A DNA stretch of 64,000 nucleotides from Candidatus Sulfotelmatobacter sp. GTDB taxonomy: Bacteria > Acidobacteriota > Terriglobia > Terriglobales > Acidobacteriaceae. Below, piece by piece: positions 10,031-20,000 of the stretch. The first letter of the stretch is position 1. The number at the start of each line of letters is the position of its first letter. The DNA is taken from positions 2,324 to 66,323 of the forward strand of contig JBAVQD010000048.1 of assembly GCA_049693675.1 (NCBI GenBank), written 5' to 3'. The notes beneath the pieces are model-generated. The model was not told the DNA's origin and ran no database searches. It worked only from the letters and a program-made list of their open reading frames with translations. Position numbers and translations under genes: made by a program.

Positions 10031-11008
10031 ATGGAAGCCCTCAAGACATCCTGCGCAATTCATACGAGTGGTTTTTCCGTGGGTGGGGTCTCGGTGCAAT
10101 TATTCGGGAATTGCTTCGATGATGTTTCCTTGGTGGAGTCGCTTCTTCCTTTTCGCGGGGACGAGAACAATTCCGACATTCATCTTTCGGTTGAGTGGGC
10201 CGGCAGTTTTACTCCGCCCCGTAGCCGTCCGCTTTTCGACTCGGGAACGACTTGGAGGCTCTACGAAGACGGAGCCGGATTTCAGTTTGACTTCAATGCT
10301 CCCGCTTTTGGCGAGCGCCCGTACAAGCGGCTTTTGGCCGACAACCTCTTTCGATCGTGCACGCTGCAGATGAGCGAGGATTCTTTTCGCGGATCTCAGT
10401 ACACGCCAGCGCCGCTGGACTACCCCCTCGACGAACTCCTCATCATGCACCGCCTCACCCAGGAGCCGGCTATCGAGCTCCACGGAGTCGGCATCGTCGG
10501 CCCCGACGGCGCAAACAACTTATTCGTCGGTCACTCCGGAGCAGGGAAGAGCACCACCGCTCGCCTCTGGACCTCGCTCCACACGGTAGAGATTCTGAGC
10601 GACGATCGCATCATCGTTCGTGAACACCCTGTTCGCGAACACTCGGCTGCTGAAGATAAAATCCGCAACGAAAAATCTTACGAAGGTAACCTCTCTGCCG
10701 GCCCTGCTCAGATCTACATGTACGGCACGCCGTGGCATGGCGACGCGCATTTTGCCCTTCCCCAATGTGCCCCGCTGAAAAGAATTTTTGTTCTCGAACA
10801 CGGCCACGGTAACGTTCTTACACACCTCACGCGGAGCCAGATGGTCGCCGAACTTTTCGCACGCGCCTTCGTCCCGTTCCACCGCCACGAGTATGTGGAC
10901 CACGCCCTGAGCTTCCTGGAACGCGTTGCCGATTCCGTTCCTTGTTATCGGTATTCTTTCGAGCCCGACGAGCGCGCCGTAGAAAAAATCCTCCAATTCA
11001 ATGACTGA
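10031..11008 (+). CDS. HPr-kinase-like P-loop kinase (RiPP-associated HprK homologue)
   Basis: LHGVGIVGPDGANNLFVGHSGAGKSTTA Walker A in an HprK-C-like context, followed by LSDDRIIV. 8-nt overlap (ATGACTGA) with the next CDS. Confidence 0.8.
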   Translation: MEALKTSCAIHTSGFSVGGVSVQLFGNCFDDVSLVESLLPFRGDENNSDIHLSVEWAGSFTPPRSRPLFDSGTTWRLYEDGAGFQFDFNAPAFGERPYKRLLADNLFRSCTLQMSEDSFRGSQYTPAPLDYPLDELLIMHRLTQEPAIELHGVGIVGPDGANNLFVGHSGAGKSTTARLWTSLHTVEILSDDRIIVREHPVREHSAAEDKIRNEKSYEGNLSAGPAQIYMYGTPWHGDAHFALPQCAPLKRIFVLEHGHGNVLTHLTRSQMVAELFARAFVPFHRHEYVDHALSFLERVADSVPCYRYSFEPDERAVEKILQFND

Positions 11009-14000
11009 AAGTGAGTCCGATTCACAGAGGTTCGAGACGCTCAGCCGCGAGCTTCTGAACAAGGGATTGACCGTGCGCTTCCAGGCGCGCGGCGCCAGCA
11101 TGTCCCCCTGTATCCGCGACGGCGAGATTGTCCATGTTACCGCCGTAATCGTGAGCAAATTACGTAAGGGCGATATTGTACTTACGAAAGGTCATAGCGG
11201 ATTCCGGGTTCACCGCCTCGTGCTTATCGATCAGGATAAGAATCTTTTCATGACTCGAGGCGATTGCGGACGGCAAGACGATCCTCCGGTGCACGCCGAC
11301 CAAATCCTGGGCATTGTTCTCGCCAAAGAAGTGAGGCTTGGAACGAAAATCGTGACGGCGAACTTGAACGGTTTCACCGGCAAATTGTTGCAGGGTGCTG
11401 TGCGCGCGCAATATCTCGCGGGCAAGCTCCTTCGCATCGCAACTTCGCGCTCCTCAAATATCGCGCTGGCTTTGCTCTTGCTGTTGTCGCTCGTCTCCTA
11501 CTCGCGCGCCCAGGTCGTAATTGACGCCACTACGTCGACCTCAAGCTCTCTGAATGCTCGTGGTGCGCAGGCCGTCACGTTTACGCATACAACAGCCGCC
11601 TCCACAACTGGACTTTTGATCGTCGGCGTGGCCATGGACACGGTCAATGCGACTACAACGACGGTGAGTTCGGTCACCTACAACGCCACCGGGCTGACTT
11701 TTCTGGGCGCGCAGGACGACGCTGCCAAAAGCCGCCGGGTCGAGATGTGGTACCTGCTCAGCCCAGCCGCCGGAACTAACAATGTTGTCGTAACGGTTAA
11801 CATACCCGGAGCTGTAAATGAGCGTGTGGGAGTCGTCGCAGGTGCAGTTACTTTCACCGGAGTGAATCAAGCCGTTCCCGTCGGTCCATTCGTATCCGCG
11901 AGTGGCGCAGCCGGAACAGCTTCTTCTGACACCGTACCCAGCGTTCTCAACGGCATGGTCATGGATACTCTCGCAGTCGCAGAAAATGTGACCGTTACAG
12001 TCCCCGGCACTCAAACCTCTCTCTGGAACGTAAGATCAGGCGCTGTTCTGGCCGGCGACGTGAGGAGCACCGGAAGCACTGCCCCAGGTTCCCCCAGCGT
12101 TACCATGACTGAGACTTTCAGTGCCGCTTCCAATTGGGCGCAAGGCGCGGTATCCATCAACCCCGCGGCCCAGGTGATCGTTGACGCCGCTACGTCAATA
12201 GAGCAGGCAATCAACGCTTCCGGAATACAAACAGTAACCTTCGCTCATACCACGGCCACAACCACCACCGGGCTCTTGATCGTCGGCGTAGCCATGAACA
12301 TTGTGAACGCGCCCACCACAACTGTAAGCTCGGTCACGTACAACGGCACCGCACTCCATTTTCTGGGAGCGCACAATGATGCAGGCAACACTCGGCGCGT
12401 CGAAATGTGGTACCTGCTCAGTCCTGCGGCGGGAACTTTTAACATCGTGGTTTCCGTCGACATACCCGGAGGCACCGCCGAACAACTTGGCGTGGTGGCA
12501 GGCGCCGTAACCTTTACCGGAGTCGACCAAACCGTTCCACTAAGTCCCTTTGTCTCCGCAAACGGCGCAAACGGCGCAAACTCGCAGCTCGATGTTCCCA
12601 GCGTGATTAACGGAATGATTCTGGATACGCTGTCGGTCGCCGGAAATCAAGCCGTTACCGTTCCCGGTCCTCAGGTCTCAGAGTGGAATACAAATACCGG
12701 CGCCGGTGCGACGGATGTTCGCAGTTCCGGCAGTGCTCGCACTGGAGCGCCCAGCGTCCCTATATCCGAAACTTTCAGCGGCACCTCGAACTGGTCGCTG
12801 GGAGCCGTGTCCATCAATCCCTCCACCGCCGATATTGCCGTTACCACTAGTGTGGGCAGTGCAGTTTTTCTCGGACAAAATACAACCTACAACATCACCG
12901 TCTCCAACAACGGATATTCAGCCGCGAACTCAGTGACGCTCACGGACACTCTGGCTTCTGGAATGACACTGGTCTCTGTCACTCCCAGCGCGGGAACCAC
13001 CTGCACCGGATCCGGCCCCATTACTTGTACTCTTCCCACTCCGTTTGCCAGTGGGGCCACCGCTACCATCGCGGTGGTGGAAACTGCCAGCGCCACCGGC
13101 TCATTTGCCAATACCGCCACCATCACGGATTCCGGAAGCCCGCCCGATCCCAACACTGGAAACAATTCCTACACAGCCGTCGCCACTGTGCAGTCAATCT
13201 CATGCGCCAGTGTGTCGCAGGCGACAACTGGAACTAATCTCTCCGGAATCTTGAACACTTACTATCCCGGAACCACCAGCGTAGCCGCTGGAGCCACCTC
13301 CATCCCTGTAGGTGCGGCAACCGGCGCTGGGAGCGCCATTGCCGCCGGCAATCTTCTGCTGATTATCCAGATGCAGGATGCCAGCATTAACGATGCCAAT
13401 ACCATCGCTTACGGCAACGGCAGCAGCGGCCAGGGATTCACCAACCTGAACAGCGCAGGCGATTACGAGTTCGTCACCGCGCAAAATGCAGTTCCCGCAA
13501 CTGGAGGATCAGTAACCATCACGGGAGCCGGCACCGGCGGTGGAACGGTTTTCGCTTATCACTCCGCCGCTGTCTCGGCAAACGCGGGCCAAAGCAAGTA
13601 TCAGGTAATCGTGGTGCCGCAATATTCCACCGCATCATTCAACGCAACCACTCCGCCTACTGCACTCGCGTGGAATGGTTCAACCGGTGGCGTGCTCGCG
13701 CTCGATACTTCCGGCACTTTGACTCTGAGCGGAGCCACTATCGCCGTGGATGGTCTCGGCTTCCGCGGTGGGGCGGGAATGCAATTGACTGGCGGAGCCG
13801 GTGCCGCTACCGATTATGAAGCGCCTGCTCCCGCAACCTACACCGGGGCCGCTGGCGGCGAAGCCGGTTACGATGCCAACAAGGGCGAAGGTATTGCCGG
13901 CACACCTGCGTGGGTAGAATCGGGCACAACTTTTCTGCAAACGAATACCGGCTATCCCAGCGGCACTGCGGGCACTGACGGCAGCATGGCTCGCGGAGCG

Positions 14001-17000
14001 CCCGGCAATGCGGGCGCCGGAGGTACCGACTCCGATCCCGTCAACAATGATCAGAACGCCGGCGGCGGAGGCGGTGCCAACGGCGGTGCCGGAGGCTTTG
14101 GTGGTGACTCGTGGAACACAAATCTTAGTGTAGGCGGCGAGGGTGGTACAGTTTTTCCCGCAACTATCAATCGCGTCGCCATGGGCGGCGGCGGCGGCGC
14201 GGGAACGCGCAACAATTCCGATGGAGATAATCGGGCTAGTGGCGGCGCAACTGGGGGCGGCATCATCATCATTCGTACCTACGGCCTCAGTGGGACAGGA
14301 ACTCTAACCGCTAACGGAATCTCCGCCTACAACGGAACTCTCAATGATGCCGGCGGCGGCGGTGGCGCCGGCGGAAGTATTGTGGTTCTTTCCGCCAACG
14401 GAGGCGAGAGCGGACTCACGCTGCAAGCCAACGGTGGAAACGGCGGCAACGCCTGGGAGATTGAGCCCTATACCCTCGGCAATCGGCACGGCCCTGGCGG
14501 CGGCGGTGGCGGCGGTGTCGTTCTTATCTCTGGCACCCCTGCAAGTATTAGCCTGAGTGGCGGAGCCAGCGGCCTCACCGAAAATCCCGGCGTCCCCTAC
14601 GGGTCCACCGCCGGCGCGGCCGGCACAAGCGTGACCAACGCTTCCATCACCCAAACCTCCGGCACACAGTCCGGCGCGCAATGCACTCCCGATATGACGC
14701 TGGGCAAGAGCCATGTCGGCAACTTCACCCGCGGATCAACCGCCAGCTACACCATCCCGGTCGAAAACTTGAGCCCATACGGCCCGACCAACGGCACCGT
14801 AACCGTGAACGATACGATGCCGGTCGGCCTCACTCCTACCAGCGCCACCGGTACCGGATGGTCGTGCTCGATTGCCTCCCAGACCGTGAGCTGCGTTACC
14901 TCCGCAGTTCTGCCGGCAAACAGTTTTTACCCTTCGCTAACCATCAACGCGAATGTCTTGCAGACCGCTCCTTCCGTCGAAACCAACACTGCGTTAGTAA
15001 GTGGCGGTGGTGAAGTGAATCTGGCGAATGACAGCGCTACCGACGTAGCCAACGTAATCTCAACCGCCGATCTCAGCATCACCAATGCGGCATCGCCTGA
15101 TCCGGTCGTGGCAGGCGGCAACATTACTTATACGCAGGTAGTCACCAATAACGGTCCCAGCGCCGCCGACAACGCAACCATGGTGGAAGCCGTTCCCAAC
15201 AACACTACATTTGTTTCGATGGCAGCACCCGCTGGGTGGAGTTGCACCACGCCAGCCGTTGGCAGCACCGGCAACGTAGTTTGCACCAATTTGAATATGG
15301 CGGGCAGTACCGCAGCCACTTTCGCACTAGTCGTTAAAGTAAACACCGGCACTGCGAACGGCACTGTCATCACCGACACCGCGAAAGTAAGTTCGTCAGT
15401 CAGCGATCCAAATTCGGCGAACAACACCGCCTCGGCTTCCACCATCGTCGGTTCCTCTGCCGGAGCCGACTTAGTCGTCACCAATGCCGCTTCACCAAAT
15501 GGCGTCGCGCCCGGCGGCAACATTACTTATACGCAGGTAGTCACAAATGTCGGTTCCCTTACGGCCACAGCTGCAACTTTCACTGAGTCAACCTCGCCGG
15601 TGGCCGATGTAACCTTCGTTTCCGTCTCGGCCGCGGCTGCTCCAGGTTGGACTTGCACTGCTCCGCCCGTAAGCTGCACCAATCCCAGCGTAGCCGCAGG
15701 CGCAACGGGTACCATCACCGCCATATACAAGGTGAATGCCGCCACGCCAATCGGGACGCTCATCACCAACACCGCGACAGTCAACGCCGCCAACCAAACC
15801 TCCGGTCCCAACACCGCGATCGCAAGCGACACCGTAACCGCAACGACTTCGCAATCCGATCTTGGTCTCACCACCGCTGCAACCCCGCTCTCGGTTTTTG
15901 CCGGCAATGATATTACTTATCTCCAGACCATAACCAATAGCGGCCCCGCCGCGGCCACGAGCGTGAGCTTCCTGGAGGCGGTACCGACCAACACTACTTT
16001 CGCCTCCGTCTCGGCTCCTGCTGGTTGGACGTGCACAACGCCCGCCGTAGGCGCAACCGGAAATATAACCTGCACCGATCCCACTTTGGCGGCCACGACC
16101 TCGGCGTCAATCATCGTCGTTGTCAACGTTCCGTCGAGTGTTACCGCTGCCGCGATCGCAGCGACGTCCTCGGTTTCCGCGACCAACGCTCTCACCATCA
16201 CAACCAACACCAGCACCCCTGTTACAACCGCTTGCGATTTGGCGGTCAGCAACAGCGGCACACCAAGCCCGGTCGCCGCCGGCGGCACCATTACTTACAC
16301 TCAGGTTGTAACGAACACTGGTCCGAGCAACTGCGCCAATCTGACTTTCAATGAAGCGATCCCGACTAACACCACCTTTACATCGTATGGCGGAGCACCC
16401 GCGGGCTGGACTTGCACATCCTTCGCCACCGGTTGCACCAATCCCAGCTTCGCCCCCGGATCGATCAGTACCTTCACCGTGGTCGTGACCGTAAACGCGG
16501 GCACCGCCGCGGGAACCATCATTACCGACACAGACACGGTTACCACCACAACCCGCGATACCAACACGAGCAATAATTCCGCAACCGTTAACATACCGGT
16601 GGCGAGCGCTACTCAAGCCGACCTCAGTGTGTCGAATTCCGCCAGTCCGAACCCCGTCTCGGCCGGGAACAACATCACTTACGCGCAGACCGTAGTGAAT
16701 ACCGGACCTGCGAGCGCCAGCACAATTTCGCTCGCCGAAAGCCTTCCCGCGAATACCACCGCAGTGTCGCTGACCGGACCGGCCGGCTGGACTTGCTCGG
16801 TGGGAACGCTGACCTGCACCATCTCCACTCTGGCCGTCACAACCGCGAACTTCACATTCGTCGTAAAAGTGAACAGCAACGCAACCCCCGGGTCCACGAT
16901 CACGCAAACTGATACCGTCACTTCCGCCAATGATCCGAATCCCGGCAATAACAGCGCCTCTGCAAGCGTTCTCGTAGCCGGCTCGGCTGATCTGTCGGTT

Positions 17001-20000
17001 ACGAACACCGCGAGCCCCGTACCCGTAGTAGCAAACAACAACATTACTTATACGCAAGTTGTCACCAACGCCGGACCAAGCATAGCCACCGCTGCCAGCT
17101 TTACCGAGACTACCCCGGCGAATACGACATTCTTTTCCATCGGCACGCTGCCTGCCGGATGGTCCTGCAGCACCCCCGCAGTAGGAAGCGCGGGGACCAT
17201 CAACTGCACCAATCCCAGCTTTGCGCCAGGTTCAGCCAGCTTTACCGTTGCGCTTAAAGTTACTGCCGGCACCGCTGCCGGAACGGCGATCAACGATATC
17301 GCTGCTGTGAGCTCATCAACGTCCGATCCGAACTCGGCCAACAACACGGCAATTGCCACCGATGTCGTCGCTCTCGCAACTCAGGCCGACTTAATCGTAA
17401 CCAATAGTGCGACGCCAACCTCCGTCGCCGCGGGAAGTAACATCACTTATACGCAGAGCGTCACCAATAATGGTCCGGCTGCGGCAACAACCGTAAGCTT
17501 TACTCAAAGCACGCCGCCGAATACCACTTTCCAATCCATCACAACTCCGGCCGGCTGGACTTGCACCACCCCCGCCGTCGGAGCTACAGGCACGATTACT
17601 TGTACGATTGCCACGCTGGCGCTCAATGCAAGCGCTAGCTTCACGTTAGTGTTGCAGGTAAATGCTGCAACCGCGTCCGGCACAAACATTGCGGAGGCCG
17701 CAACCGCTACTGCGTCGAACATCGTGCCCGGCCTTACCAGCAACACCGCCGTGGCAACGGTTGTCGTGGCCAATCCGAATAGTGCCAGTCTTGCGATCGT
17801 GAAGACAGCTATGCCCAGCCCTACGGTTGCCGAGGGCGACACGCTCACTTACACGATTGGCATCACCAATAACGGTCCATCGTCCGCAACGAATGTGACC
17901 GTTACCGATCCACTGCCAGCGGATGTTACTTATCTTTCTTTGACCACCAGTGCTGGCACCTGCTCGGAAGCTGGTGGAACTGTAACCTGTTTGCTGGGAA
18001 CGATCGCCAACGGCGGCACAGCTACGATAACTATCCTCACCCTCGCTGGCGCACCGGGAATCGCTACAAACACAGCCAGCGTGGTTGCGGGCCAGATGAC
18101 CACTCCGAATACATCGACACAGGTCGAGACCATCACTGCCGCCACCAGCATCAAGCTGGAATCGTTCGTAGCCCAGACCGGCCAGGATAAAACCGGGGCA
18201 CACCGCGTCGTGCTCCTCTGGAAAACAGGCACAGAAGTGCACAACCTTGGCTTCAACATTTATCGCGAACAAGCAGGCGAACGCGTTCGCCTGAATTCTT
18301 CGCTGATCGCCGGCTCGGCGCTGCTCATGAACGGTGCCCTCCCCAAACACTCCGGCCGTACTTACAGCTGGATCGATTCCTCCGCGAATGCCGGCAGTGC
18401 TCCCTACTGGCTCGAAGACGTGGATGTGAACGGAACCCGTATCCTTCACGGCCCAGTTTCCGCGACCGCATCCAGCAACTCCCAGGTCGCGAGCAACGCC
18501 AACGCAACTCCTAGCGTAATGTTGAATCATCTAAACCAGAGCCAGCCCGCTGCGTCTGTTGATGGGTTCAGTCATCGCGTCGAAGATACTTCGCCGAATT
18601 CTTCTCCTACGGCCACGCAACAGCAGAAACAGTTCGCCCTTGCGGCACACTCCGCCATCAAGATTTACGTAAAGCACGAAGGCTGGTATTGCGTGACGCA
18701 ACCGCAACTTATCGCCGCCGGCCTCAGCCCTAATGTCGATCCAGCTTATCTCCATCTTTACGCCGAGGCCGTCGAGCAGCCCATCGCGATCACCGGAACC
18801 ACCGCCGGTGTCCGCGGCTTTGGTCCGCAAGCGGCAATTTATTTCTATGGCACAGGTATCGACACACAATATTCCGGCACCAGAGTTTATTTCCTCGTTA
18901 CACAGGATTCGAAAGGGGCGCGAGTTCACAACTTGCCCGTATCCACGGGCTCGAACCAGCCTCCCGCAAGTTTCCCCTTTACCGTGGAACTCGCTCCTCA
19001 TACAACCTATTACTCGGCCCTGACCACCGCGAACGGCTACAACTTCTTCGGACCTCTCGTCTCCTCCACTGCCGTCGATGAGACCATTCAGGTTCCCCAT
19101 CTTGATTCCACATCCACAGAATCCGCAAAGTTAGATGTGATTCTGCAAGGCGTTATTCTCGGCGTTCCTCATGACGTGACCGTTACGCTGAACGGCACCT
19201 CGCTCGGCGACGTCACCTTCACCGGGGAAGCAAAAGGTACGCTCGACGTAACTTTGCCGCTAGGTGTTTTACAGGAAGGCGCCAACACCGTCACTCTCAC
19301 GTCGCAGAACGGTGAATACGATTACAGCCTGCTGCAATCGATCCGCATCACCTACCCGCACACTTATGCCGCCGACTCCAACGAATTGACGTTTACTGCC
19401 CGCCCCGGCGAAGAACTCAGTCTCACTGGATTCACGCAATCATCGGTCGCCGTGGTCGACATTACCGACCCCAACCAACCCGTACAACTTACGCCCCAGG
19501 TTACGACCGATCCGAAGTCGGAAACTTACACAGCTGCGATACAGGTGCCGTGGTCCACCACCAATCCATCCACCCCGGCCCAGCACACGCTAATGGCTGT
19601 GGTTGGGACCACCGTCGCTTCTCCAGCCGGAATCCGTCAGAATCATCCTTCACGCTGGTATAGCGCTCAATCCGGCAGCGAGATTGTGATGGTCACGTCC
19701 GACGAGTTCTCCGGCGCTCTTGCCCCGCTGAAGCGCGCGCATGAAGCGTTAGGCAAGTCATCCGCACTCGTGTTGGTCGACGATCTCTACGACGAATTTA
19801 CTTTTGGCCAGCACAATCCGCTCGCCATCCGCAGCTTCCTGCAAACCGCCGTCACGGCTTGGCACACTACGCCCCATTACCTCTTACTCAATGGCCGCGC
19901 ATCATTTGATCCACGTAATTATCTCGGTTTTGGACATCTCGATTTCGTCCCCACGCAGATCATCGCCACCAGCGGCCTGATGACCGCCTCTGACGGATGG

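Noticed and set aside
11541-19100. Many long antisense or alternative-frame ORFs inside the giant gene (for example 16107..17057(-) 316 aa, 17646..18530(-) 294 aa, 18531..19100(-) 189 aa)
   Set aside because: They lie fully within a 9.7-kb frame that has clear domain signatures. Their translations are Gly/Arg/Ala-rich low complexity, as expected from GC-rich repeats read off-frame.
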